Part shown: positions 34,197-43,172 of the stretch, one piece after another
Layout: each line of letters opens with the position of its first letter
How positions within the stretch are numbered: position 1 is the stretch's first letter
From: an uncultured Gammaproteobacteria bacterium
Lineage (GTDB): Bacteria > Patescibacteriota > Patescibacteriia > CAYZDG01
DNA length: 64,000 nt
Assembly: GCA_964536515.1 (NCBI GenBank)
Contig: CAZHXI010000001.1
Location: 31,480 to 95,479, forward strand
Reading direction: 5' to 3'
Notes under the pieces: generated by a model
What the model saw: the letters and a program-made list of their open reading frames with translations, nothing else
Told to the model about the DNA's origin: nothing
The model's database searches: none
Position numbers and translations under genes: made by a program

Positions 34197-35069
34197 ATGG
34201 CATCACCACTCGGCCGAGGACTGGGCGCAATCATTCCCTCGGCGAACCCTGTCCCGACTACCCCCGCTCCGGCCGTCGTTGCGCCGTCATCCGACGACCA
34301 GGTGTTACACCTGGCGCTGGGGCAATTGAAGCCAAACCCCCACCAGGCTCGCCAGGTATTCGACCCCGCCAGCCTGGATGAGCTGGTTTCGTCCATCCGT
34401 GAGCACGGCATTCTGGTGCCGCTCGTCGTTACCCCGACCGGGGACGGCTCGTACTACATTGTGGCGGGGGAGCGGCGGTTCCGCGCCGCTGGCCAGGCCG
34501 GGCTAGACACCGTGCCCGCCATTGTGCGGCAGGCCTCGGACCTGCAGCGCATGGAGCTGGGCCTAATCGAGAACATCCAGCGCACCGACCTGAACGCCGT
34601 TGAGCTCGCGCACGCCTACCAGAAGCTGGCAGACGAGTTCTCGCTGACGCAGGAGCAGATAGCGCAGAAGGTGGGCAAGGCGCGCCCCTCGGTGGCCAAC
34701 ACGCTGCGCGTGCTGCAGCTGCCGGACGAGGTCCAGCACGCCATAGCGGACGGCAAGATTACGTTCGCCCACGCCAAGGTGCTGCTCTCCACGCCCGAGG
34801 CCGAGCGCGACGCGCTGTTCCGCAAGATGCTGTCTGGCCAGCTATCGGTCCGTGCCTCGGCTATGGCAGCCGAGCCCAGCACCATCGTGCACAGCCACCG
34901 ACGCCGCAGGGGCAAGAGCCCGCAGCTGCAGGAGCTAGAGAAGCAGCTGCAGGATAAGCTGGGTACCAAGGTGCGCATCGGCGCCCAGGGCAACGGCGGC
35001 GAGATTAGCGTTACCTACTACGACCAGGCGGAGCTGGCGCGCATCAGCCGCCAGCTGCTGGGGGAGTGA
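34197..35069 (+). CDS. parB: ParB/Spo0J chromosome partitioning protein
   Basis: LVPLVVTP…YYIVAGERRFRAAGQAGLDTVPAIV ParB box; HTH region; C-terminal dimerisation segment. Confidence 0.85.
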   Translation: MASPLGRGLGAIIPSANPVPTTPAPAVVAPSSDDQVLHLALGQLKPNPHQARQVFDPASLDELVSSIREHGILVPLVVTPTGDGSYYIVAGERRFRAAGQAGLDTVPAIVRQASDLQRMELGLIENIQRTDLNAVELAHAYQKLADEFSLTQEQIAQKVGKARPSVANTLRVLQLPDEVQHAIADGKITFAHAKVLLSTPEAERDALFRKMLSGQLSVRASAMAAEPSTIVHSHRRRRGKSPQLQELEKQLQDKLGTKVRIGAQGNGGEISVTYYDQAELARISRQLLGE

Positions 35070-35085
35070 TAATCTTGCATGTCAT

Positions 35086-35102
35086 GCCGGGCTCGACCCG
35101 GC
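35086..35102 (+). terminator. Hairpin after parB (GCCGGGC-TCGA-CCCGGC)
   Basis: Perfect stem immediately 3' of the parB stop. Confidence 0.45.
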
Positions 35103-35108
35103 ATCTAT

Positions 35109-35138
35109 TTGACACCCCTCTAGACGGAGGGGTATAGC
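35109..35138 (+). promoter_or_regulatory. Sigma70-like promoter TTGACA-[CCCCTCTAGACGGAGGGG]-TATAGC with palindromic GC-rich spacer, followed by a ~95 nt hairpin-rich leader
   Basis: -35 TTGACA 35109-35114, 18-nt palindromic spacer, -10 TATAGC 35133-35138. Leader hairpins CTGCTCCT…AGGAGCAG and GGCTCG…CGAGCC. SD AAAGGAAAGG before ATG 35236. Confidence 0.5.
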
Positions 35139-35235
35139 TACCGAGCACTTGAATCTGCTCCTTGAAATTTCACAAAGTAGGAGCAGCCGTTGGCTCGTCG
35201 GACTCGAGCCGTAAGCAAGAAAGGAAAGGTGTGTC

Positions 35236-36087
35236 ATGGCTTTCCATGGTGCGTCTCCACATTTCTATGAATCTCCCGAAGTCGTTGAGGAATTCGGAAG
35301 AGATGGCGGCCTCATACATGAGGTCGTTGTAGCTGGACGGAAACAGGGAATCGGCAAAAAGTTTTGGGCATACCTAGCCCACAGCCCCGAGGTGTTCGAG
35401 GCTGTCATACAGTTCGTGAACGAAGGTAGGGCACGACCCTGCATTGAGTACAGGAGAGCCATTGGGCTACTGGAATCTGTTAATTCAATTGATGCCCAAC
35501 AGGCAGGGTACTGTTGGCTGGAGAAGCCACAGAATTACGGTGTCCACTACACCAAGGCTACGCTCGACGTGTGCATGGTCGAGAATGCCCAGGGTAAGGC
35601 TGACTGGCGTTTGGTATACCTATTCAACCTTAGCTTGAGCAATATTGTTAAGAAGCTAGAGCCGGGTAGCGTACACTACGTGCCGTTCGGTCTCGTTCTA
35701 GAGCGTCCGCCGTTAGGCGATTGGTCCCACGGGGCAAAGCCGGAGGGGTACTACCTAATTAACTTCAAGCCGCAATTCCTTGGGTGTAATTGGTCAGCCA
35801 AAGTTGAAGAGATGGAGAAGCTCGATGGTAGGTTCTTTTGGCCCAATCCTGCATCCATTGCTCAGGCGATTATGTCCGCGGGTACCATTCCCGGTGCCGA
35901 CCCGACCCAAGTGGGTCGACCGGAGAAAAAATTATTGCTCCGACATGGTGCACACGTAGCGTACGACGGGAATTTTGTTAGCATTACCCGCTGGCTCGAT
36001 GAGAAGAGCGTGCAGTGGTCGCCAATTGAAAAGGATGACGACCTCGCGAGCAGCGCTGGCGTATGCATTGGTTTACGATGGGAGTAA
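35236..36087 (+). CDS. Hypothetical protein, visibly lower GC than its neighbours (accessory gene)
   Basis: 283 aa; a GRKQGIGKKF segment vaguely GNAT-motif-A-like but misplaced. No confident family. Confidence 0.45.
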   Translation: MAFHGASPHFYESPEVVEEFGRDGGLIHEVVVAGRKQGIGKKFWAYLAHSPEVFEAVIQFVNEGRARPCIEYRRAIGLLESVNSIDAQQAGYCWLEKPQNYGVHYTKATLDVCMVENAQGKADWRLVYLFNLSLSNIVKKLEPGSVHYVPFGLVLERPPLGDWSHGAKPEGYYLINFKPQFLGCNWSAKVEEMEKLDGRFFWPNPASIAQAIMSAGTIPGADPTQVGRPEKKLLLRHGAHVAYDGNFVSITRWLDEKSVQWSPIEKDDDLASSAGVCIGLRWE

Positions 36088-36143
36088 CTGCCTGCTAGAG
36101 GCAGCCAAGGCCCCGGGAAAATCCCGGGGCCTCATTCTATTCT

Positions 36144-37637
36144 CTAGCTATCGTTCCGGCCGGGGAGGAAGCGGCGGAGTAGGCCGAGGTTGTCGTTGCG
36201 CAGCCTCTGCTTTATCTTGGCGCGGGCCTGGTTTGTAGCTACGAACTCTAGCCAGTCCTGCTTGGGCTTGCCGCCGGCCTTGTTGGCCGCGATTTCAACA
36301 ACGTCGCCGCTGTGCAGGTGGTGGGAGAGTGGAACCTGCATGCCGTTCACCCGCGCCCCGATGCAGCTGTCTCCCAGCTGGGTATGCACGTGGTAGGCAA
36401 AGTCTACGGGCGTGGCGCCCTCGGGCAGGTCGATTACGTCACCCTTGGGGGTGAACACGAACAGCCGGTGCGAGAACAGGTCCAGCCGCAGCCCCTCTAG
36501 GTACTGCTCGTGCGTCGGCGCCTCTTCCTGCCAGGCTTTGAGCTGCGTCAGCCACTCCCGCTGCCAGCGGCTTAGCCGCTTGGCGCTGCCCTCCTTGTAG
36601 CGCCAGTGCGAGGCTAGGCCGAACTCGGCCTGCTCGTGCATCTCGCGGTCGCGTATCTGGAACTCCACCACGTGGCCCTTGTCCGCGAATACGGTGGTGT
36701 GCAGCGAACGGTAGCCGTTGGACTTGGGCTGGGCAATGTAGTCTTTTATCCTGCCCTTCAGCGGCGTCCACAGGCGGTGCAGCACGCCCAGGCAGACGTA
36801 GCAGTCCGCCACCGTGGGCACCACTATGCGCAGGGCCACCAGGTCGTACACCTTGCTGGGGTCGTCGCCGTGGCGCCGCAGCTTGCGGTAGAGCGAGAAG
36901 CGGTGCTTGACCCGGCCCTCCAGGCTGATGATGGGCACGCCGTTCTGCTTCAGAGCCTTAACCGCCTCGTGCCTAATCTGCTCTAGGTACTTCTTCTCCG
37001 CCGGTAGCGCCTTGGCCATTAACGTATCCACCGACCTGGCGCCGTCTGGGTCGGCGTAGGGGAAGGCGGCGTCCTCCAGCTGGCCGCGTAGCTCGCCCAT
37101 GCCCAGCCGGTCCGCGATGGCGGCGTAGATGTCTATGCTCTCGCGGGCGATGCGCTGCTGCTTAACCGGCGGCAGCACGTCCAGCGTGGCTAGGTTATCT
37201 AGCCTATCCGCGAACTTGATGAGTATCACCCGCACGTCGTCCGCCATGGCCACGAACATCTTGCGTAGGTTCTCGGCGTAGCGTTCTAGCCCGCGGTACT
37301 TGAGCGTGCCCAGCTTGGTGATGCCGTCCACCAGCTTGGCTACCTCCTTGCCGAAGCGTTCCTGCACCTCGTCCTGCGTTCGCTCCGTGTCCTCCGGCAC
37401 ATCGTGCAGCAGGCCGGCCACGACCGTGGGCACGTCCATGCCCCAGCGGGCCAGGGTTAGGGCGGTGCGGGCGGGGTGGTTTATGTAGGGCTCGCCGCTG
37501 TGGCGCCTCTGGTCGCCGTGGGCCTCGGTCGCAAAGCGGTAGGCGTCCGCGATGGGCTGCACGTCGTCGCCGGGCCGCTGCTGCCGCACGGCGTTCAGTA
37601 TTTGCTCCAGCGTTGGCGCGGGCGGGGGCGTAGGCAT
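36144..37637 (-). CDS. rel: Bifunctional (p)ppGpp synthetase/hydrolase Rel (short form: HD + synthetase + TGS, no ACT)
   Basis: HD motif LLHDVPEDT; synthetase RIKDYIAQPKSNGYRSLHTTV; TGS-like VFTPKGDVIDLPEGATPVDFAYHVHTQLG. Confidence 0.85.
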   Translation of the reverse strand: MPTPPPAPTLEQILNAVRQQRPGDDVQPIADAYRFATEAHGDQRRHSGEPYINHPARTALTLARWGMDVPTVVAGLLHDVPEDTERTQDEVQERFGKEVAKLVDGITKLGTLKYRGLERYAENLRKMFVAMADDVRVILIKFADRLDNLATLDVLPPVKQQRIARESIDIYAAIADRLGMGELRGQLEDAAFPYADPDGARSVDTLMAKALPAEKKYLEQIRHEAVKALKQNGVPIISLEGRVKHRFSLYRKLRRHGDDPSKVYDLVALRIVVPTVADCYVCLGVLHRLWTPLKGRIKDYIAQPKSNGYRSLHTTVFADKGHVVEFQIRDREMHEQAEFGLASHWRYKEGSAKRLSRWQREWLTQLKAWQEEAPTHEQYLEGLRLDLFSHRLFVFTPKGDVIDLPEGATPVDFAYHVHTQLGDSCIGARVNGMQVPLSHHLHSGDVVEIAANKAGGKPKQDWLEFVATNQARAKIKQRLRNDNLGLLRRFLPGRNDS

Positions 37638-37690
37638 GGGGGAATAGTATCCCGAACCAGAGGCGCGCTGCTAGGCGACCTCGGTTCGGG

Positions 37691-37801
37691 ACCCCGCACC
37701 GGACGTAGTCCTGGTGCGGGGCAGGACTGGGGACGGAGGACAGAGGGCGGGATTTAGAACATAGAACTGAGAACACAGAGAGGGCGCCGCGAAGCGGCGC
37801 C
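37691..37801. repeat. Near-palindrome (CCCCGCACCGGAC…GTCCtGGTGCGGGG), then a heptamer direct-repeat array (cAGGAC tgGGGAC ggAGGAC … ttAGAAC atAGAAC tgAGAAC), then a GGGCGCCGC-GAA-GCGGCGCCC hairpin
   Basis: Read from 37691-37801, between the rel start (37637) and the end of paralog A (37818). Confidence 0.55.
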
Positions 37802-37817
37802 CCACATGTGTTTTGAC

Positions 37818-38246
37818 CTAGACTGCCTTGTCACGTTTCTTGTCTTCGGCCTCATCGCGTCTTCCTACGGCCGTACGTACCGTTATGAGCCCGAGGTCGT
37901 TGTTCAGCTCGGCATTTTTTTCCCAGACATGAATCGCCCTGCTCATCTCAGCGTGGTCCTTGAATATTCCAATGATGACGCGGCTACGGCGTAGCCCTAC
38001 GGGCAGATTCCTCCCAAGTAAGCTTTCTAGGTCAGCTTGGTATACATCTCCCGGGAAGATGACTAAGCAGCCGTCGAGCCGTTTTCCCTTGTCGTTACTA
38101 CCGCTGAGGTAGATGAAGGCAAAGAAGCTATTGGAGCTGATCCTTTTGGCCCGATCGATGTCTCTCAATGCTGCTCTGTGGAGGTCTTCCCAGACAAGGA
38201 TCTCAAACGAACCACTGGCGTTGCTGGTGGTGTATTCAATGAACAT
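37818..38246 (-). CDS. Hypothetical small protein, paralog A of a tandem pair (lower GC)
   Basis: Start at internal ATG 38246; the track ORF uses TTG at 38288, which overlaps the predicted -10. Shares an F-AF-Y-x-G…PGD-Y-A-L core with paralog B. Confidence 0.5.
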   Translation of the reverse strand: MFIEYTTSNASGSFEILVWEDLHRAALRDIDRAKRISSNSFFAFIYLSGSNDKGKRLDGCLVIFPGDVYQADLESLLGRNLPVGLRRSRVIIGIFKDHAEMSRAIHVWEKNAELNNDLGLITVRTAVGRRDEAEDKKRDKAV

Positions 38247-38282
38247 ATCTCTTACCGCCCTTTTGTTGGTTCTGTACGAATG

Positions 38283-38320
38283 GCGCAACGTTAAACCCCG
38301 CGGGTGCGGGTGTCAATCGT
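38283..38320 (-). promoter_or_regulatory. Promoter of paralog A: TTGACA-[CCCGCACCCGCGGGGTT]-TAACGT (minus strand)
   Basis: -35 at 38311-38316, 17-nt GC palindromic spacer, -10 at 38288-38293. Near-identical copy precedes paralog B. Confidence 0.55.
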
Positions 38321-38370
38321 TGGGGTGATGAAAGGGCGGCGCTTTTGCGCCGCCCTCAGGTTTAGCTTGC

Positions 38371-38778
38371 CTAGCTCGGAATGAGCTTCGTTCGTTCAGC
38401 GCTCTTTCGGTTCTCGATAGCAGCTTCTAGACGATCGTTGGCTTCGCGTCCGCAATCGAGCCTAAAGCTTTGTATCAAGGCAACCTCGTTACGTAGCGCC
38501 CCAAAGCTCACCTTGCAGGTCGTCAGATCATCGGCGACGATATGCATCGTTATCTGCCTCAGCGAGTCTGCGTAGCTATCTCCAGGCTTTACTAGCAGTG
38601 ACTCGCGTACCAAGCTGTTGGTTCCCGTCAGGCCCTCAACGTACACGAATGCCGCAAAGGTATCTGGAAACTGGGTAGCCATCTGGTTCAGGGCCTTCCT
38701 TATCTGGTTTGGAATTTGCTTGCGGGCAAGCCTATCAGCCCCTGCCTCAGGGTCTCTGCTGACGAAAGTAGTTACCAT
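38371..38778 (-). CDS. Hypothetical small protein, paralog B of the tandem pair
   Basis: 135 aa; ATG with perfect AGGAGG SD 5 nt upstream. FAAFVYVEGLTGTNSLVRESLLVKPGDSYADSL core aligns with paralog A. Confidence 0.55.
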   Translation of the reverse strand: MVTTFVSRDPEAGADRLARKQIPNQIRKALNQMATQFPDTFAAFVYVEGLTGTNSLVRESLLVKPGDSYADSLRQITMHIVADDLTTCKVSFGALRNEVALIQSFRLDCGREANDRLEAAIENRKSAERTKLIPS

Positions 38779-38814
38779 TGTTCCTCCTGGAGGATTGAAT
38801 ATTACGGTGCAATG

Positions 38815-38850
38815 GGCGCAACTTAAGCCCCGCGGGTGCGGGTGTCAATG
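38815..38850 (-). promoter_or_regulatory. Promoter of paralog B: TTGACA-[CCCGCACCCGCGGGGCT]-TAAGTT (minus strand)
   Basis: -35 at 38843-38848, 17-nt spacer, -10 at 38820-38825. 35/38 identical to the paralog A promoter. Confidence 0.55.
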
Positions 38851-38864
38851 CGCGGGCCGGCTAC

Positions 38865-39770
38865 CTACCGGTTGATGAGGTAGACGCCGGCCAGCAGCAC
38901 AGCCAGCGAGGCAGCCTTGCGCAGCAGCGTTGCTCTGCCGATGTCCTCCCTGCCCAGCTTGGGAACCAGCAGCGTAATGCCCAGGCCGATGAGGAAGGCG
39001 AACACCGGGTGCAGTCCGTTCACCAGCTGCACCAGGGCCAGGGGCGCCATCAGCGAGGCGGCCGCCAGCAGCAGCACGCCTACTGCGCTGATGATCTCGT
39101 TGATTGCGTTGAGCGCCAGCACGCCGGAGGTATTCGTCCGTACAGCTGCCACGAATTCACGGCGGTAGGTTGGAACCAGAGCGACAAGGGAGACTCCGGC
39201 TGCGGCGTAGCCCACGTACTGCCAGAAGGCGGTAACCCAGTAGCTCGCCTCAATGGCGACCAGCTTGAACAGGAGGTTGGTGGTCGCCAGTATCGCCGAT
39301 GCGAGCAGCATCTGCAGCAGCGGCTTCACCCGAACCTTTCCGGTTCCGGGCTGGAACATGAAGGCAACGGCAGCGCCGACGATGAGCAGGCCTCCCGTGG
39401 CTTGCGTTCCGGTTAGGGATTCGCCGAGGAAAGCTGCAGCGAGGATGAAGCCGAACAGTGGAATAGTCTGGAATGCAGGCACCACGTTGGAGGCGTCCTC
39501 GTGCTGCAGGGCGTACATGTACGGCAGCAGCGAAACAATGAAGAGCGCGCCGCTGCCGACCATTACCAGCGCCGGCAGCCAGCCAATGGCTAGCACGTCC
39601 GCGCCGAGCAGGGGGATAGCCAGGGCGATGGGTAGCCCGATGGCCGCCGAGAACAAAACCAGGGCGCCTATCCCCAGGCTGCGTGCGTACCTGCCGATGA
39701 GGTACTTATCGATGTGGTTGCTAATCGCCCACAGCACCGGGGCGCCGAGGGCGAGCAGGAACCAGTGCAT
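38865..39770 (-). CDS. EamA/DMT-family transporter
   Basis: 301 aa, 10 TM helices, two EamA-like halves. Confidence 0.65.
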   Translation of the reverse strand: MHWFLLALGAPVLWAISNHIDKYLIGRYARSLGIGALVLFSAAIGLPIALAIPLLGADVLAIGWLPALVMVGSGALFIVSLLPYMYALQHEDASNVVPAFQTIPLFGFILAAAFLGESLTGTQATGGLLIVGAAVAFMFQPGTGKVRVKPLLQMLLASAILATTNLLFKLVAIEASYWVTAFWQYVGYAAAGVSLVALVPTYRREFVAAVRTNTSGVLALNAINEIISAVGVLLLAAASLMAPLALVQLVNGLHPVFAFLIGLGITLLVPKLGREDIGRATLLRKAASLAVLLAGVYLINR

Positions 39771-39773
39771 ACT

Positions 39774-42023
39774 TTAGCTTACACCCGCCTCTCGTTTGTA
39801 CGCGCAGCCCTTCCTCGAGCACTTGATAGTATCCTTTGGCCCCTGGATGAGCGGCCAGCCGCAGTCCGGGCAATTCTCGGCCATGGGCTTGGCCCAGATG
39901 GCGCATTTACATTCGGGGTAGCGATCGCAGGAGTAGAACAGCTTGCCGCCGCGGCCACGCTTGCCCACCAGCTCACCCTGCTTGCATTCGGGGCACGTAA
40001 CGCCGGTCTTGTTCTGCGTCTTCTTGATGTACTTGCAGTCTGGGTACCTGTCGCAGCCGAAGAACACGCCGAAGCGGCTGCGCTTCTGCACCAGCTTGCC
40101 CTGGCCGCACTCGGGGCAGGCCTCCACAGGTGCGTTCGGATCTGCCTCGGGCGCCGCCTCCTCGTTCTTGCCGGCGATGGGCTTCTTGTACTTGCAGTCG
40201 GGGTAGCCGGTGCAGGCGTAGAACTTGCCGTAGCGCCCCAGCTTAATGATCAGCGGCTTGCCGCACTCGGGGCACTTCTCGTCCGTAGCCGTTTCGGTCG
40301 CCTCCTTCTTGGTGACCTCTTTTTCTTTCACCACTAGGTTCGCCTTGAACGGGCCGTAGAAGTCTGCCAGAACCTTGTGCCAGTCGGCCTCGCCCTCGGC
40401 GATGTCGTCGAACTTCTGCTCTAGGTCTGCCGTGAACTTTAGGTCCACCACGTGCGGGAAGTGTTTGACCAGCAGGTCGTTGATGGCGATGCCCATGTCG
40501 GTGGGGTGAAGGCGGCGTTCCTCGCGGGTAACGTAGTGGCGGTCCACCAGCGTGGTGATGGTTGGTGCGTAGGTGGACGGGCGGCCGATGCCGTTGGCCT
40601 CCAGCGCCTTCACCAGCGTGGCCTCGGAGTAGCGAGCCGGCGGCTCGGTGAAGTGCTGGCTGGGCTCTACCTTCTGCACCTCCACCGCCTGGCCAACCGC
40701 CAGCGCGGGCAGCGTGGTCTCCTCGTACTTGGTGGGGTAGACCTTGAGGAAGCCGTCGAACACGCAGCGGTTGCCGGTGGCGCGGAAAACCAGCTCCTCC
40801 TTGGGCGAGGCAAGGTCCACGCTGGAGGAGGCGAACTGCGCCTCGGCCATCTGGCTGGCTACGGCCCGCTGCCAGATGAGCTGGTACAGCTTGAACTGCG
40901 GCGCGGTCAGGTAGGCGTGGATGGAATCGGGCGTGCGGGAAGCCTCGGTGGGGCGGATAGCCTCGTGCGCCTCCTGCGCGCCCTTGCTCTTGGTCTTGAA
41001 GCGGCGCGGGTGCTCGGGCAGGTAGCGCTCACCGAACTTCTCCTCCACCACGCTGCGCGCCCCGGCCAGGAAGTCGTTGGAGAGGTTCATCGAATCCGTA
41101 CGCATGTAGGTGATGAGGCCCGTGCTGCCCTCGCCGGGCAGGTCTACGCCCTCGTACAGCTGCTGGGCCAGCTGCATTGTCTGCTTGACGCTCATGCCCA
41201 GGCGGTGGTTGGCCTCCTGCTGCAGGGTAGAGGTGGTGAACGGCGCAGCCGGGCTGCGCTTGACCTTGCCCTCGCCCACGTCCGATACGACGAAGCGGCA
41301 GGCGCAGGCTGCCGCTACAATTTCTTTCGCTCGGGCTTCTGTGGCGATATCAAACTTGTCCAGAATTTTCCCGTCTACGGCGCGTAGGCTGACGGGGAAC
41401 TTCTCGTGCGCGGCCACGCCCGTGGCCTCTACGGTCCAGTACTCGCGGGCGACGAACGCCTCGATCTCACGCTCTCGCTCCACGATGATGCGCAGCGCCG
41501 CAGACTGCACGCGGCCAGCCGATAGTCCGTACTGCACCTTGCGCCACAGGAAGGGCGACAGCTCGTAGCCCACCAGCCGATCCAGAATCCGCCGGGCCTG
41601 CTGCGCGTCTACCAGGTGTAGGTCTAGCTTGCGGGGCGATTCCAGCGCGTGCTCGATAGCCGTCTTGGTGATCTCGTGGAAAACGATGCGCTTGGCGCTG
41701 TCGTGGGGAATATCCAGCAGCGCGTGCAGGTGCCAGGCAATGGCCTCGCCCTCGCGGTCTTCGTCAGTCGCGTACAGGATCTCGCCGCTCTTCTTGGCGG
41801 CAGCCTTAATCGCCGCCACGGCCTCCTTGGCCTTCGCCGGCACCAGGTACGTGGGCTCGAAGCCATTCGCCACGTCTACGCCGATCTTGCTCTTGGGCAA
41901 ATCGCGCACGTGGCCGTAGCTGGCCAGCACGGTGTAGCCGCTGCCCAAGAAGCGCGTGATGGTGCGCGCCTTGGTGGGTGACTCTACTATCACCAGCTTC
42001 TTCTTCTCCTTCGTGGACGGCAT
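39774..42023 (-). CDS. topA: DNA topoisomerase I with C-terminal zinc-ribbon repeats
   Basis: KLVIVESPTKARTITRFLG TOPRIM start; active-site Tyr region GLITYMRTDS; three C-x2-C…C-x2-C zinc ribbons at the C-terminus. Confidence 0.9.
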   Translation of the reverse strand: MPSTKEKKKLVIVESPTKARTITRFLGSGYTVLASYGHVRDLPKSKIGVDVANGFEPTYLVPAKAKEAVAAIKAAAKKSGEILYATDEDREGEAIAWHLHALLDIPHDSAKRIVFHEITKTAIEHALESPRKLDLHLVDAQQARRILDRLVGYELSPFLWRKVQYGLSAGRVQSAALRIIVEREREIEAFVAREYWTVEATGVAAHEKFPVSLRAVDGKILDKFDIATEARAKEIVAAACACRFVVSDVGEGKVKRSPAAPFTTSTLQQEANHRLGMSVKQTMQLAQQLYEGVDLPGEGSTGLITYMRTDSMNLSNDFLAGARSVVEEKFGERYLPEHPRRFKTKSKGAQEAHEAIRPTEASRTPDSIHAYLTAPQFKLYQLIWQRAVASQMAEAQFASSSVDLASPKEELVFRATGNRCVFDGFLKVYPTKYEETTLPALAVGQAVEVQKVEPSQHFTEPPARYSEATLVKALEANGIGRPSTYAPTITTLVDRHYVTREERRLHPTDMGIAINDLLVKHFPHVVDLKFTADLEQKFDDIAEGEADWHKVLADFYGPFKANLVVKEKEVTKKEATETATDEKCPECGKPLIIKLGRYGKFYACTGYPDCKYKKPIAGKNEEAAPEADPNAPVEACPECGQGKLVQKRSRFGVFFGCDRYPDCKYIKKTQNKTGVTCPECKQGELVGKRGRGGKLFYSCDRYPECKCAIWAKPMAENCPDCGWPLIQGPKDTIKCSRKGCAYKREAGVS

Positions 42024-42071
42024 TCAGGTTTGTATGTACCTGGCGGTTGTAGCACGCGCCTTTTCGACGCG

Positions 42072-43163
42072 TCAAATTTTCTGCAGCGAGCTGCCCACGC
42101 GCGACGCGGCTCCGCACAGCTCTAGCTCGGTGATTGCGGCGGCGAGTTCGACGGCTCCTATGCCCAGCGATTCACCAATAGAATCAATGGCCATTGGCTC
42201 GTGGTTAGGCAGCGCCGCGTACACCTGTTCTGCGGCCGGGGTGAGGTCCAGCTGGGCACGCCGCGGCGCCTCAGCAACTCGAGTCGGGGCCGACGACGCG
42301 CCGATGGCCTCCAGCACGTCCGCCGCGTCGGTGCAGGGTGCGGCACCCCGCCGCAGCAGCCTATTGGTCCCCGCCGAAGACGGGCTGGTAATGGGGCCGG
42401 GCACGGCTAGGACCTCGCGGTTCTGCTCCAGCGCCAGGTGGGCTGTTAGCAAGGCGCCAGACTTTTCGCCCGCCTCTACCACCACCGTTGCGGCGCACAG
42501 CCCGCTTACGATCCTGTTCCGGCGGGGGAAGTGGCCGCGCAGCGCGGGCATTCGCAGGGGGTGCTCGCTGACTATGCATCCGCCCAGCTCAAGCATCTGC
42601 TCCGCCAGTCCGCGGTGCTCGACTGGGTACATTACATCCCACGCTAAGCCGGTGCCGACCACGGCTACCGTTCTGCCACCCGCTTCCACCGCGCCGGCGT
42701 GCGCTGCAGCGTCTATGCCGTACGCCAAGCCAGAGACGACGGTAATCCCGCTGCCCGATAGGTCACGCGCCAGCTGCTTTGCTACGTCCAGTCCGTACTT
42801 GGTGCACCGCCTGGTGCCGACGATTGCTACGCACGTTCCCGTCGGCCGCGTCCCCCGGTACGTAAGTAGCGGCGGGGGAGCGGGAATCTCGCGCAGCAGA
42901 GACGGGTAGCCGTTGTCCGCTATCGTTACGACGTTCACGCGGTTATCCACCAGCTCCTGCCAGGCAGAGGAAGGATTGATCGTGGATCGTTTTTTGTTAA
43001 TGGCTCTAACGACGTTCGGTCTAATGCCGATAGCCGTGAGCTGATCCTCTCTAGCTGCCCACGCATCATCCGGATCCGCGAACGAATCCATAATCAGACG
43101 CAGCGACTTCGGTCCGACCTCGGGAATGCAGGTGTAGGCGTAGAGGAGTTGGGGGAGGGTCAT
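42072..43163 (-). CDS. dprA: DNA processing protein DprA (Smf)
   Basis: Rossmann-like core SGLAYGIDAAAHAGAVEAGGRTVAVVGTGL…HFPRRNRIVSGL. The start is uncertain (GTG at 43193 in the track; ATG candidates at 43178 and 43163). Confidence 0.8.
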   Translation of the reverse strand: MTLPQLLYAYTCIPEVGPKSLRLIMDSFADPDDAWAAREDQLTAIGIRPNVVRAINKKRSTINPSSAWQELVDNRVNVVTIADNGYPSLLREIPAPPPLLTYRGTRPTGTCVAIVGTRRCTKYGLDVAKQLARDLSGSGITVVSGLAYGIDAAAHAGAVEAGGRTVAVVGTGLAWDVMYPVEHRGLAEQMLELGGCIVSEHPLRMPALRGHFPRRNRIVSGLCAATVVVEAGEKSGALLTAHLALEQNREVLAVPGPITSPSSAGTNRLLRRGAAPCTDAADVLEAIGASSAPTRVAEAPRRAQLDLTPAAEQVYAALPNHEPMAIDSIGESLGIGAVELAAAITELELCGAASRVGSSLQKI

Positions 43164-43172
43164 AGATCGCTC

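Noticed and set aside
35070-35235. Looked for a canonical parS (TGTTNCACGTGAAACA) near parB and in the parA-parB spacer.
   Set aside because: No match was found by eye in 33300-35300. Only the non-canonical heptamer array and inverted repeat were seen, and these are reported as a finding instead.
38283-38858. Two ~45-nt near-identical repeats (GGCGCAAC-TTAA-CCCCGCGGGTGCGGGTGTCAAT) looked like a CRISPR array or integron attC sites (a GTTAAAC core-site-like string is present).
   Set aside because: There are only two copies, spaced ~530 nt apart, each immediately upstream of a paralogous gene. On the coding (minus) strand they read as TTGACA-N17-TAAnnT promoters with downstream SD/ATG. The second copy lacks the GTT core, and no integrase or cas genes are nearby.
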